From an uncultured delta proteobacterium (GTDB lineage: Bacteria > Myxococcota_A > Polyangia > Polyangiales > B10-G4): DNA of 64,000 nucleotides. Of the stretch, positions 31,339 to 41,026 are shown piece by piece. Position 1 is the stretch's first letter; the number at the start of each line of letters is the position of its first letter. The DNA is taken from NCBI GenBank assembly GCA_963727445.1, contig CAVSGI010000005.1:96001-160000 (forward strand), read 5' to 3'. The translations under genes and the position numbers were made by a program. The notes beneath the pieces were generated by a model that saw only the letters and a program-made list of their open reading frames with translations, searched no databases and was not told where the DNA came from.

Positions 31339-31779
31339 ATGCGGCTCGCGGAAATTCTCGACGCAGAGCGGACGACCACGTCGCTCCCGGAGGGAGACAA
31401 GGACGCGGTGTTGAACGCCTTGGCCGCGCTTTTCCCGCCTCTTCCCGAAGCCGACGTCCTCGCCGCGCTCAAAGAGCGTGAGGCGCTGGCGACGACCGGC
31501 GTCGGCAGCGGTGTGGCGGTCCCGCATGGGCGCCTTGCCTCCGTCGATCGCACGATGGGCGCGCTCGCGGTGAGCCGGCGCGGCGTCGATTTCGACAGCA
31601 TCGACGGTCAGCCGGTGCACGTCTTCGTGGCGATCGTCGCGCCGGAGCGCGGCGATCTGGTCAAGGTGCTCGCGCGCATCGCGCGCCTGTTGCGCGACGC
31701 CGACCTCCGCGAGCGCCTGGCCGCGGCCGCGGATGGTGAGCAGGCCTACCAGATCCTGGTTCGCGCCGACGGGCTCTGA
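31339..31779 (+). CDS. ptsN: PTS IIA(Ntr)-like regulatory protein
   Basis: ERE...TGVGSGVAVPHGR, FDSIDGQPV; TTGCAA-N17-TAGGGC-N7-ATG upstream. Confidence 0.9.
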   Translation: MRLAEILDAERTTTSLPEGDKDAVLNALAALFPPLPEADVLAALKEREALATTGVGSGVAVPHGRLASVDRTMGALAVSRRGVDFDSIDGQPVHVFVAIVAPERGDLVKVLARIARLLRDADLRERLAAAADGEQAYQILVRADGL

Positions 31780-31791
31780 GCACGGGCGGCT

Positions 31792-32814
31792 TCAGCGCTC
31801 CGGCAGCCCCCAGGCGTGCAGCAGCTCCGGCAGAGACAGGCGTGGGATGGCGCCGTGGGGGATCCGCGTCGAGTCGACCACCACCCGATGGGTGGCCATG
31901 GCCGCCAGCGGATCCGCCGGACCGAGGGCGACCGCCTCCTCGCCGAGCGAGGCCCGCGTGAGCCGCGCGAGGCGCTGGCTCTCCTGATACGTCGACTGGT
32001 TACCCGTGTAGAGAGAGACGATCCGTCGTTCGTCGTCCCCGGCGACCCACGTCGCGAAGCCCTCGGTGCCGCGATAGAGCGAGTCCATCAGGAGCACGCG
32101 ATCAATCTCGTCCGCGAGATCGCCCGCTTCGAGGATGGCGAGCGCGGTCTCGAAGCCGGCGCTGTGGGGCGCGAGGACAATCGAGCGCGCGGCGCCGGCG
32201 TCGAGGCCTTCGGGCGCGCCTGCGTCGCGCGCCGCCGCCAACGCGGCTTCGAGCATGCTCTCGAAGGTTCCCTCGACGCGATAGGCGCCGGGCGCGCCGC
32301 TGCGCGCGAGCCATTTCAGCTGGGGGACGACGAGAACGCTGTTTCGCTCGGCGGCGTCGTGCACGCGCGCGAGCCCCCAGCCCGGCTGCGCCGACCCTCC
32401 GTCGACGCACGCGACCTCGTCGCTCTCGACCAGGGCTCGCACACATCCCGTCCAACCGTGGAGAAAGACGACGATGGCGAAGGGCCGCGACACATCGAAG
32501 CCGGCTGGCAGGTGCACCGCATAGGACGGCGCCCCCGCTGGAAGATCGGAATGGGTGGGAACGGGGAGACGACCGTAGGCGGTGATCGCTTCCGAGACGG
32601 GGGCCGTCGGCGCGGACTGCGTCTGTGTCTGCGTCTCGGTCGCCGTCTCCGACTCCCTCTCCGTCTGCGTCTGCGTCTGCGTCTGCGTCTCCGTCGCCGA
32701 CTCCGTTTCCGGCGCCGACTCCGCTCCCGAACCCCCCGAGGTCTCCGTTTCCCCCGCCGATCCCGCCTCCGTTCCGGTCCCCTTGCAGCCCGTGAGCACC
32801 CACATCCCCAGCAC
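31792..32814 (-). CDS. Putative alpha/beta-hydrolase lipoprotein with Thr/Gln/Glu-rich linker (start uncertain)
   Basis: Lipobox LTGC; VFLHGW, APHSAG, LMDSLY, PHG. Confidence 0.7.
   Translation of the reverse strand: MLGMWVLTGCKGTGTEAGSAGETETSGGSGAESAPETESATETQTQTQTQTERESETATETQTQTQSAPTAPVSEAITAYGRLPVPTHSDLPAGAPSYAVHLPAGFDVSRPFAIVVFLHGWTGCVRALVESDEVACVDGGSAQPGWGLARVHDAAERNSVLVVPQLKWLARSGAPGAYRVEGTFESMLEAALAAARDAGAPEGLDAGAARSIVLAPHSAGFETALAILEAGDLADEIDRVLLMDSLYRGTEGFATWVAGDDERRIVSLYTGNQSTYQESQRLARLTRASLGEEAVALGPADPLAAMATHRVVVDSTRIPHGAIPRLSLPELLHAWGLPER
32613..32710. repeat. Hexanucleotide tandem repeats (GTCTGC)n and variants encoding (TQ)n/(TE)n
   Basis: (GTCTGC)4 at 32663-32686 plus degenerate flanking copies. 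Confidence 0.8.
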
Positions 32815-32850
32815 CCAGAAAACGAGCCGCCAGGTGATATGCTGCGAGCC

Positions 32851-33828
32851 GTGAGCACGGAGCCGGGGGCTGCGACGGTCGCGGCGCTTCTCGACCATGG
32901 GGAGCTCGGCTCCCTCGTGCGGGTTCACTCCGGTCAGCCGGGACTGTCGCGGTTGATCACCCATCCGCGGATCCAGAAGTCGGGGTTGGCTTTTGCCGGG
33001 CATCATCACGGGATCGTCCCCACGCGGGTGCAGATCATCGGCGAGACCGAGTTCAGCTTTCTCGAGGGGCTCGACGAGTCTACGCGGGACGCGCGCATCG
33101 CGGCGTTTTTCGATCTCGGGCTCTCCGCGGTGGTGGTCACCCGCGGGGTGACGCCCCTCGGGGAGCTGGTGCTCCACAGCAAGCGCACCTCCTCGCCCCT
33201 TCTGGTCTCCGACGTGCGGTCGAGCCGCACCATCGCCGCCATTCACCGCTCTCTGGACGAGCTCCTGGCGCCCAGCACCACCTCCCACGGCGTTCTGGTC
33301 GACATCCATGGCGTGGGCGTCCTGCTGCTCGGGCCGAGCGGCATCGGCAAGAGCGAGTGTGCGCTCTTCCTGGTGGAGCGCGGCCATCGGCTCGTCGCCG
33401 ACGATCAGGTGATCCTCGCCATCGATCCCGCCGGCCACGTCTACGGGCGCCCCCCGCGGCTGTTGCGCTATCACTTGGAGGTGCGCGGCATCGGCATCCT
33501 CAACATCCGCGACCTCTTCGGGGCCACCGCCGTGCGCCGGCGCAAGATCGTCGACCTGGTGGTGGAGCTCTGTCCCTGGGACGCCGACGAGCCCTACGAA
33601 CGCCTCGGCCTCGAGGACATGAGCCACGAGCTGCTCGGGACCGAGCTCCCCATGCTGCGCATCCCGGTCAGCCCCGGTCGCGACATGGGCGTCATCCTCG
33701 AGGTGGCGGCGCGCAATCAGCTCCTCAAGCAGTCCGGCGTCCATGCCGCGAGGCGCTTCGTCGCCGAGCTGTCGGAGGAGCTGGGCGCCGAGCCACCACC
33801 GCCGGATATCGGGGGCGAAGGTGAGTGA
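32851..33828 (+). CDS. hprK: HPr kinase/phosphorylase
   Basis: [43 protein letters not shown] 32851 preferred to ATG 32839 (TATGCT 7 nt upstream). Confidence 0.95.
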   Translation: MSTEPGAATVAALLDHGELGSLVRVHSGQPGLSRLITHPRIQKSGLAFAGHHHGIVPTRVQIIGETEFSFLEGLDESTRDARIAAFFDLGLSAVVVTRGVTPLGELVLHSKRTSSPLLVSDVRSSRTIAAIHRSLDELLAPSTTSHGVLVDIHGVGVLLLGPSGIGKSECALFLVERGHRLVADDQVILAIDPAGHVYGRPPRLLRYHLEVRGIGILNIRDLFGATAVRRRKIVDLVVELCPWDADEPYERLGLEDMSHELLGTELPMLRIPVSPGRDMGVILEVAARNQLLKQSGVHAARRFVAELSEELGAEPPPPDIGGEGE

Positions 33829-34720
33829 GGACAACCTTCACGTCGTCGTCGTCACCGGGATGAGTGGCGCGGGGCGCAGCACGGCGGTCCATGTCCTCGA
33901 GGACCTGGGCTTCTTCTGCGTCGACAACCTCCCGCCACCGCTCTTCACCGGCCTGTTGGACCTGCTCGAGCGCAGCGACGACCGCGGAGAGGGCGAGCAG
34001 CCTCCCAAGATCCGGCGCGTCGGCCTGGGCGTCGACGTGCGAACCGGCGCCTTCCTCGAGGGCGTCGGCGAGGTCGTCACGCAGCTCAGGGAGCGCGGCC
34101 ACGAGGTCGAGCTCATCTTCCTCGACGCTTCGGACGAGGCCCTGGTGCGCCGCTTCAGCGAGACCCGGCGCCCGCATCCCCTCGCGCCGGGGGGCGACCT
34201 GCCCGGTGCCATCAAGCGCGAGCGCGCGCGCCTCGGGCCGCTCCGCGCGCAGGCAGGGCACACCTTCGACACCACACACCTGTCGGTACACGATCTCCGG
34301 CGGGCGCTCGTCGATCACATCGCGCGCGGAACGTCGTCGCCGATGATGGTCACGCGGGTCATGAGCTTCGGCTTCAAGTACGGCCTGCCGGTGGACGCGG
34401 ATCTGGTCTTCGACCTGCGCTTCCTTCCGAATCCGCACTTCGTTCCCGAGCTGCGCCCGAAGACCGGGCTCGATCCGGAGGTCTCCGAGTTCGTCCTCGG
34501 GACCGACGACGCTCGTGAGCTCCTGGACGAGGTGAAGAGTCTCCTCGACAACACCCTTCCCAAGTACGAGCGCGAGGGGAAGAGCTACCTCACCATCGCC
34601 ATCGGCTGCACCGGCGGACGTCACCGCTCGGTGGCGTTCACCGAAGCGCTCGCCGCCTACCTGCGGCAGAGTCGCGAGGTGGTGGTGGCGCACCGGGACG
34701 CGGGGCGAAAGCTCACGTGA
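33821..34720 (+). CDS. rapZ: RNase adapter RapZ (YvcJ) family
   Basis: TGMSGAGRS, FCVDNLP, ETRRPHP, SFGFKYG, GCTGGRHRSV. Confidence 0.95.
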   Translation: MSEDNLHVVVVTGMSGAGRSTAVHVLEDLGFFCVDNLPPPLFTGLLDLLERSDDRGEGEQPPKIRRVGLGVDVRTGAFLEGVGEVVTQLRERGHEVELIFLDASDEALVRRFSETRRPHPLAPGGDLPGAIKRERARLGPLRAQAGHTFDTTHLSVHDLRRALVDHIARGTSSPMMVTRVMSFGFKYGLPVDADLVFDLRFLPNPHFVPELRPKTGLDPEVSEFVLGTDDARELLDEVKSLLDNTLPKYEREGKSYLTIAIGCTGGRHRSVAFTEALAAYLRQSREVVVAHRDAGRKLT

Positions 34721-35004
34721 CCACGGCGCTTCCAGAGGTGCGAGACACCTTCGAGATCATCAACGAGCTGGGCCTGCACGCACGGGCCGCCGCGCGCCTG
34801 GTGAAGCTCGCAGCGGAATTCGAGGCGGAGGTCGAGCTCGAGAAGGACGGCCAGCGCGCCAACGCCAAGAGCATCATGGGGGTCCTCTTGCTCTGCGGAC
34901 AGCGTGGATCGAAGATCACCATCATCGCCACGGGCGCCGACGCGGCCGAGGCGGTCGAGCAGATGGGGGCCCTGATCAGCGACCGTTTCGGAGAGGAGAG
35001 GTGA
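34717..35004 (+). CDS. ptsH: Phosphocarrier protein HPr
   Basis: GLHARAAA (His15 site), NAKSIMG (Ser46 site). Confidence 0.95.
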   Translation: MTTALPEVRDTFEIINELGLHARAAARLVKLAAEFEAEVELEKDGQRANAKSIMGVLLLCGQRGSKITIIATGADAAEAVEQMGALISDRFGEER

Positions 35005-36785
35005 GCGCTTCGGGCGAACCTCTGGTGCCTGCGCGCAAGGTGCTGAGCGGGATCCCCGCCTCGCACGGCGTGGCGGTGGGCAAGGCGCGCCTGGTCGGCC
35101 GGTCGGCTTTGCGCGTGCCGAGGCGAAGGATCCGCGCGAAAGACGCGCCCGCCGAGGTGGCGCGCCTCAAGGACGCGATCGAGACCTCCAGACGAGAGAT
35201 CGAGGACGCGCGCGCGGCGCTCGGAGACGCGGCGGACGCGGACTACCAGCTCATTCTCGACGCGCACCTCTTGATGCACGGCGACGCGCTCCTGGTGGAC
35301 ACGACGGTGCACACCATCGAGCGGGATCTGCTCTGCGCCGAGTGGGCCCTGAGGCGTACGGTGGAGTCGCTCTCTCTGCAGCTCGAGGCCGCCGACTCGG
35401 AGTACTTCCGCGCGCGCGCCGGGGACATCACGCAGGTCGGCCTCCACATCCTGCGCTGCCTCACCGGCACGCAGGCGCAGCTGCCTCCGCTCGACGAGCC
35501 GGTGGTCCTGGTCACTGACGACCTGAGCCCGGCGGAAGCCGCGCGGTTGGCGGAGAGCCCGCTGGTCGGCTTGATCACCGAGCTCGGAACCGCGTCGAGC
35601 CATACCGCGATCGTGGCGCGTGCTCTCGGCATCCCGGCCCTGGTCGGCGTCGCTGCCGCGACCGACGCCATCGGCGAAGGGGACACCGTGGTCATCGACG
35701 CCCTGAGGGGCGAGGTGGTTCTCGCTGCGGGTGCCGACGAGCAGACCGCGGCCGAGGAGCGCTCGGTTCGGTATCGCGCCTTCACCGCCGGGTTGCGTTC
35801 GCGAGCCGAAGAGAAGGCCGCCACCGCCGACGGGGAGCGCATCATCCTCGCGGCGAACCTCGAGATGCCTGCCGAGGTCGAGGCCGCCGCCCGCCCCGAG
35901 TCCGACGGCGTCGGCCTCTATCGCACGGAGTTCCTCTACCTCGGCCGCGACCAGGCGCCCACCGAGGAAGAGCAGCGCGAGGTCTACGCCGACGTGCTCA
36001 GGCTGATGAATCCGCGCCCCGTCACCTTTCGCACCTTCGACCTGGGCGCCGACAAGCTCCCCGCCGACCGGCGCTTCCCCCGGGGCCCGAACCCCGCGCT
36101 CGGCCTCCGCGGCGTGCGGCTGTTGATGACGCATCCCCGCCTCTTCCGCGCGCAGGTGCGCGCCGTGCTTCGCGCCGCAGTGCACGGAAACGCGCGCCTG
36201 ATGTTTCCGCTCGTGGGCTCACTCGCCGATCTTCGGACGGCGCGGGCCTTCGTCGACGAGGTCGCCGCGGAGCTCACGCAGGAAGGCGAACACTTCGCGC
36301 GCGTTCCGATCGGCGTGATGATCGAGGTGCCGGCGGCGGCGCTCCTCGCCAACGTCCTCGCGAGCGAGTGCGACTTCTTCTCGGTCGGCACCAACGACCT
36401 CATCCAGTACACCTTCGCCGTCGACCGCACCAATCCGCGCGTCGCCACCATGGCCGATCCCCTCGACCCGGCGCTCCTCCGCCTCCTCGAGATGACCGCA
36501 AGCGCGGCACAACAGCGTGGCATCGACCTGTCGATGTGCGGCGACATGGCAGCCAATCCCCTCGCGCTCCCCATCGTCATCGGTCTCGGTTTCCGCACGC
36601 TGTCGATGCCTTCGGCGTCGATCCCCATCGCCAACGCCATCGTCCGGAGCATTCGCGCCGAACGCGCAGCCGAAGCCGCTCAGGAAGCGCTCGCGCTCCC
36701 CGACGCCGCGAGCGTTCAAGAGCTCGTGCGCGAGCGCTTCGCCGACTCCCTCGGCGATCTCTGGGCCGAAGAAGGGGTCGGCTGA
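35001..36785 (+). CDS. ptsI: PEP-protein phosphotransferase, Enzyme I (no GAF domain)
   Basis: SHTAIVAR, GVGLYRTEFL, NPALGLRG, SVGTNDLIQY, MCGDMA. Confidence 0.95.
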   Translation: MSASGEPLVPARKVLSGIPASHGVAVGKARLVGRSALRVPRRRIRAKDAPAEVARLKDAIETSRREIEDARAALGDAADADYQLILDAHLLMHGDALLVDTTVHTIERDLLCAEWALRRTVESLSLQLEAADSEYFRARAGDITQVGLHILRCLTGTQAQLPPLDEPVVLVTDDLSPAEAARLAESPLVGLITELGTASSHTAIVARALGIPALVGVAAATDAIGEGDTVVIDALRGEVVLAAGADEQTAAEERSVRYRAFTAGLRSRAEEKAATADGERIILAANLEMPAEVEAAARPESDGVGLYRTEFLYLGRDQAPTEEEQREVYADVLRLMNPRPVTFRTFDLGADKLPADRRFPRGPNPALGLRGVRLLMTHPRLFRAQVRAVLRAAVHGNARLMFPLVGSLADLRTARAFVDEVAAELTQEGEHFARVPIGVMIEVPAAALLANVLASECDFFSVGTNDLIQYTFAVDRTNPRVATMADPLDPALLRLLEMTASAAQQRGIDLSMCGDMAANPLALPIVIGLGFRTLSMPSASIPIANAIVRSIRAERAAEAAQEALALPDAASVQELVRERFADSLGDLWAEEGVG

Positions 36786-36786
36786 C

Positions 36787-37689
36787 TCAGGCGGATGCCT
36801 CGGCGTCCGGCTCGCCCTCGGGTTCCGGTTCTGTTTCGCGCTGGGCCTCGGTGGTGTGCCGCTCGAATTCGGCGATCACCTGCGCGCCCAGCAAGAGGAT
36901 GATCGCCCCGATCTCGAAGGAGAGCAGCGCGACCACCGCGCCGGCCAGCGAGCCATACACCAGGTTCACCAGCGACAGGGTCTCGAAGTACCAGGTCAGG
37001 ACGTGCCGGGCGATCTCCCAGAGGATCCCAGCGACCACGCCGCCGATCAGCGCGTGACGCGCGCGAACGTGCCCGACGGGCATCACCAGGTAGAAGGCGG
37101 TGAGCATCAGGATCAGGCCGACGACGCCGAGCACGTAGAGCGAGACACCGCTGACGCCTTCGAGTGACCAGGTCGTACCGAAGAGACGGACCTGATCGGC
37201 CTCGATCTGCTCGAGCGCACCGGCGACGAAGCTCACCACCAGGACGCCCACGCCGATCATGCCGATGAAGAGGTAGGGAAGCACCGCGGAGACCAGGAAG
37301 CTGCGGTCCCGCGTCTCCCGGTGGTGGAAGATCGCCGCCATCGCGCTCTCGAGCACACCGAAAGCGATGGAGCTGAAGAAGAGGAGCATCAGCACCACCA
37401 CACCGCTCACGATCTCCCGGTCCTGAACCAGGTTCTGGAGCTGATGGGCGATGTCGGCAGAGTGCTCCGGCATGATCAGCGCGAGATGCGCCTCGACGGA
37501 CACCATGAGCTCGTGAGGATCGACCACGAAGCTCAGCCCCAAGAGGATGAGGGCGAAGAGCGGGACGATGCTGAGCAGACTGTTGTAGGCGACCGCCCCG
37601 GCCAGGAGCAGGCCGCGGTTCTTCCAAAATCCCCGGATCACCCGGACGGCGAAGGGGATGGGCCGTCGGGCGATGTCGAGGGCACGCAC
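36787..37689 (-). CDS. YihY/BrkB family inner membrane protein
   Basis: AGAVAYNSLLSIVPL, VYGSLAG, LLLGAQ; 6 TM. Confidence 0.9.
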   Translation of the reverse strand: MRALDIARRPIPFAVRVIRGFWKNRGLLLAGAVAYNSLLSIVPLFALILLGLSFVVDPHELMVSVEAHLALIMPEHSADIAHQLQNLVQDREIVSGVVVLMLLFFSSIAFGVLESAMAAIFHHRETRDRSFLVSAVLPYLFIGMIGVGVLVVSFVAGALEQIEADQVRLFGTTWSLEGVSGVSLYVLGVVGLILMLTAFYLVMPVGHVRARHALIGGVVAGILWEIARHVLTWYFETLSLVNLVYGSLAGAVVALLSFEIGAIILLLGAQVIAEFERHTTEAQRETEPEPEGEPDAEASA

Positions 37690-37694
37690 GTTCG

Positions 37695-38222
37695 CTAATT
37701 AGTCCCGTCGTCCATCCTGGCCAGCATGTCCTCGAGCTGGTTCTGGCTGGCATAGCCAACCAGCCGGTCGACCTCGACGCCGCGTGAATCGAGCAGGATG
37801 TAGGTGGGAACGGCGGCGATGTGGCCCAGATCGGTCGTTCCTTCCGTCACCCGCTCCTGAGGATCGAAGGAGACCACGAAATTGGGGTGCAGCGCGGCCT
37901 CCCAGGCCTGGGCGAAGAGCTCCGGGGTGGGCTGAACGGCGATGGCCAGGACGTAGACCTCCGGGTGATGTCGGACGAAACGCATCAGCGGGCGCACGGC
38001 GGCCTGGCTGACACCGTCGTAGGTGGCGAAGCAGTAGAGGAACGTGGGCTTGCCGCGCAGGTCGCCCACCGTGACGAACGCGCCGTCGGTGGTGCGCAGG
38101 TCGAGCTCCACCGGACCCGGCTGGGACCGCATGCGGGTGACGCCGACGCTCGTTTCGTCTCGGGTGCCCCCGCACGCCGCCATCGCGATCACCAATGCGA
38201 GCGTCGGCACGAGGGTGCGCAT
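37695..38222 (-). CDS. TlpA/redoxin-fold lipoprotein lacking CxxC
   Basis: Lipobox MAAC; DLRGKPTFLYCFATYDGVS, AVPTYILLDSRG. Confidence 0.7.
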   Translation of the reverse strand: MRTLVPTLALVIAMAACGGTRDETSVGVTRMRSQPGPVELDLRTTDGAFVTVGDLRGKPTFLYCFATYDGVSQAAVRPLMRFVRHHPEVYVLAIAVQPTPELFAQAWEAALHPNFVVSFDPQERVTEGTTDLGHIAAVPTYILLDSRGVEVDRLVGYASQNQLEDMLARMDDGTN

Positions 38223-38233
38223 CCGTGCGCCTC

Positions 38234-38861
38234 TCAGTCCTTCTTCTGTCCGGAGAACCCGTCCGCTCGGTCGGCAAAGAGCACGTTGAAGGTGGTGAGG
38301 CTTCCGTAGCAGCCGGTGATGTACTGCTGCAGCTGGACCTTTTCTTGCGCGCTCAAGGACTTCGAGCCGTTGATCTTCTGCTCGAGGACCCGGAGCTTGT
38401 CGCGGATCATCACGATCTTGTTGAAGAGCGTATCGATGGGAAGGCACTTCTCCTGGGTGCCCTCCCGACCGGGCTTCATCACCACTTCGCCCCCGCGCCA
38501 GCGGTCGCCGAACGCGACCTCGGTCGCAGCCCAGCTCCTCGCGGATCACCTGCCTCAGCACGTTTCGAAACTCGTCCTGGTCCATGTCGATGTCGATCTC
38601 CTGCGGCAGAGGCTTCTTCGGCGGAGGAAGCCCCTGGTCGTCGTCTCGGTAGCGGCGTGGTGTACCGGCCGCCTTCTTGCGCTTGAGGGCGCCCTCCCAC
38701 GACGTGCCGATGGCTTTGTAGCTCGCGCATGTCGCGGTGGCCTTCAGGGGCGCCGGCCAACAACCGAGTCGGCACTCGCCCACGCCCAGCCCCTCTTCGT
38801 CGGTGCGGAGCTGGAAGAAGAACGCGCAGGTCCCGCATCTTCCCGACAGGTCGCGCTCCAT
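38234..38861 (-). CDS. Conserved hypothetical protein with N-terminal Cys cluster (frameshift near 38528)
   Basis: CGTCAFF...ECR.GC...TC; C-terminal FNKIVMIRDKLRVLEQKIN...QQYITGCYGSLTTFNVLF. Confidence 0.7.
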
Positions 38862-38929
38862 CGGCGGCGAATCTACTAAGAACGGATCCCAAAGACCAGC
38901 CGCCATCCATCCAGGTACACTCGCGCGCC

Positions 38930-41026
38930 ATGCGCGCCCGACTCACGACGATCCTCTGCCTCGCGACGGCGCTGGCAGCTTGTCATCCGCCGGACATCGA
39001 CCTCCCCGAGGACCAGGAGCCGACGACCGGGGAGGTTCACGACCAGCCGGTCCCGGTGACCCCCAGGACCCCAGGCGCGGGAGCGATCGAGCACACCCTG
39101 AGGTTTCCTGCGCCTGAGTCGCACTACGTGAACGTCGAGTCGGTCTTCCCGACCGGGGGCCAGGACGAGCTCACCCTCTTCATGGCGGTGTGGACACCGG
39201 GGTCGTACCTGGTCCGCGAGTTCTCGGGTCACGTGGAAGCCGTTGGTGCGGCGACGCTCGAGGCCGAGCCCCTGGCTGTCGCGCAGACCGAGAAGAACCG
39301 GTGGCGGATCCAGACGGGAGGGCACGATCGGGTGGTGCTTCGCTACCGGGTCTACGCGGCCCGCATGTCGGTGCAGGAGAGCTTCGTCGACGACGAGATC
39401 GTGATCTTGAACGGCGCGAGCATCTTCTTGTGCCCGGTGGACCGAAAGGACCTCGAGCACGACATCCTGCTGGAGCTCCCGCGCGAGGACTACCCACGCG
39501 TCGCGACCTCGCTCCCTCCGCACGCCGCCGGCGGCCAGCGCTACGTCGCCGCCGACTACGACACGCTCGTCGACTCGCCCATCGTGGCCGGTGCCGGCGA
39601 GGTGCGGAGCTTCGAGGTGGGCGGCGCGAGCTTCGAGCTCTGGACTTTCGGTGGAGACGAGCTCTGGGACCACGATCGCGCCGCGCGCGACGTCGCCGAG
39701 CTGGTACGCACCCAGGCCGGGTTCTGGGGCGTGGTTCCCTTCGAGCGCTACCTCTTCCTGAACATCGCCGAAGAAAACGGCGGAGGCCTCGAGCACCAGA
39801 GGTCGACGCTGATGATGACACGACGCCAGATGATGTTGCGGCCCTCCGACTACCGGCGCTGGCTCGGGTTGGTCAGCCACGAGTTCTTCCACGCATGGAA
39901 CGGAAAGCGCCTGAGACCCGATGTGCTGGGCCCCTTCGATTACGAGCACGAGGTGCGCACGCCGTCGCTCTGGTTCGTCGAGGGCCTCACCAGCTACTAC
40001 GACGACTTGCTCCTCACGCGCACGGGTCTGCTCACCGAGGATCAGTATCTCGAGCGCGTCAGCGATCAGATCGAGCAGCTCCGAAACACGCCGGGGCGCC
40101 GCGTGCAGAGCCTGGCGGAGGCCAGCGCTGACGCCTGGATCAAGTACTACCGGCACGACGAGAACAGCGACAACTCGACCATCAGCTACTACAACAAGGG
40201 GTCGCTGGTCGGCTTCCTCCTCGACGCCTGGGTGCGCCGGCGCACGGCCGGCCAGAAGAGCCTCGACGACGTGATGCGCCTCTTGTACCAGCGCTACAGC
40301 GGCGAGCATGGTTACGCACCGGCCGACGTGCGAGCGGCGATCGAAGAGGTGGTGGGAGAAGAGCCCCCCGAAGAGCACCCGGAGGGGGAGCCGCGACCCC
40401 CCGGGGAGGTCGACGCGATGATGGACGCGTGGATCGACGGCACCGAAGCGCTGCCCTTCGAGGACGCGCTCGACTACTACGGCCTGGTCTTCGAAGGAAG
40501 CGGCGCTCAGGAGGCAGCCGACGAGGACGAAGAGCCCCCCGCCGGGTGGTTGGGCGTGGAGCTCGACGGCAACTGGGTGACCGAGGTGCGCCGCGGGTCG
40601 CCCGCCTCCCACGGAGGCGTCAGCTTCGACGACGAGATCATCGCCATCGACGGTTACCGCGTGCGAGAGGTGAGCTCGCATCTCGAGCGCCATCGTCCGG
40701 GTCAGACCGTCACCGTCACCGTCGCCCGCCGCGGGCGCATGCGCGACCTCGAGGTCACCCTCGGCCGCCATCCCGACGAGGACGCTTTCGATCTGCACGA
40801 GGCCGAAGCGCTCACCGCCGCCGAGCGCGCCCACCGCGCGCGTTGGCTCTCCGAAGCGCGCTTGCTGAGCGACGCGGACATCGAGGCCGCGAGCGCGCGC
40901 ACCGAGGAGGCCGAGGCGACCGCGACGGCCACAGCGCCCGCTTCACCCGCGGGCGCGACCGCGCTTGCGGAGGAAGAGCCCGAACACGACGGCGAGGAGG
41001 GCGAGGCCCCCGACGAGGAAGAGTAG
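38930..41026 (+). CDS. M61 glycyl aminopeptidase family lipoprotein with PDZ domain
   Basis: Lipobox LAAC; WTPGSYLVRE, GGGLEH, HEFFHAWN, EGLTSYY, SYYNKG; GSPA..GG...DEIIAIDG. Confidence 0.93.
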   Translation: MRARLTTILCLATALAACHPPDIDLPEDQEPTTGEVHDQPVPVTPRTPGAGAIEHTLRFPAPESHYVNVESVFPTGGQDELTLFMAVWTPGSYLVREFSGHVEAVGAATLEAEPLAVAQTEKNRWRIQTGGHDRVVLRYRVYAARMSVQESFVDDEIVILNGASIFLCPVDRKDLEHDILLELPREDYPRVATSLPPHAAGGQRYVAADYDTLVDSPIVAGAGEVRSFEVGGASFELWTFGGDELWDHDRAARDVAELVRTQAGFWGVVPFERYLFLNIAEENGGGLEHQRSTLMMTRRQMMLRPSDYRRWLGLVSHEFFHAWNGKRLRPDVLGPFDYEHEVRTPSLWFVEGLTSYYDDLLLTRTGLLTEDQYLERVSDQIEQLRNTPGRRVQSLAEASADAWIKYYRHDENSDNSTISYYNKGSLVGFLLDAWVRRRTAGQKSLDDVMRLLYQRYSGEHGYAPADVRAAIEEVVGEEPPEEHPEGEPRPPGEVDAMMDAWIDGTEALPFEDALDYYGLVFEGSGAQEAADEDEEPPAGWLGVELDGNWVTEVRRGSPASHGGVSFDDEIIAIDGYRVREVSSHLERHRPGQTVTVTVARRGRMRDLEVTLGRHPDEDAFDLHEAEALTAAERAHRARWLSEARLLSDADIEAASARTEEAEATATATAPASPAGATALAEEEPEHDGEEGEAPDEEE

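Noticed and set aside
31792..33834. Apparent 2-kb fully overlapping ORF pair (680 aa minus, 670 aa plus)
   Set aside because: Two ordinary divergent genes (lipoprotein and hprK) whose frames each extend upstream through the other
33857..33880. RapZ Walker A reading GRS instead of GKS
   Set aside because: Variant I recall from other RapZ/YvcJ homologues; not evidence of inactivation
25630..36785. Sigma-54 (-24/-12) promoters near rpoN
   Set aside because: No TGGCAC-N5-TTGC match found by eye in the intergenic regions
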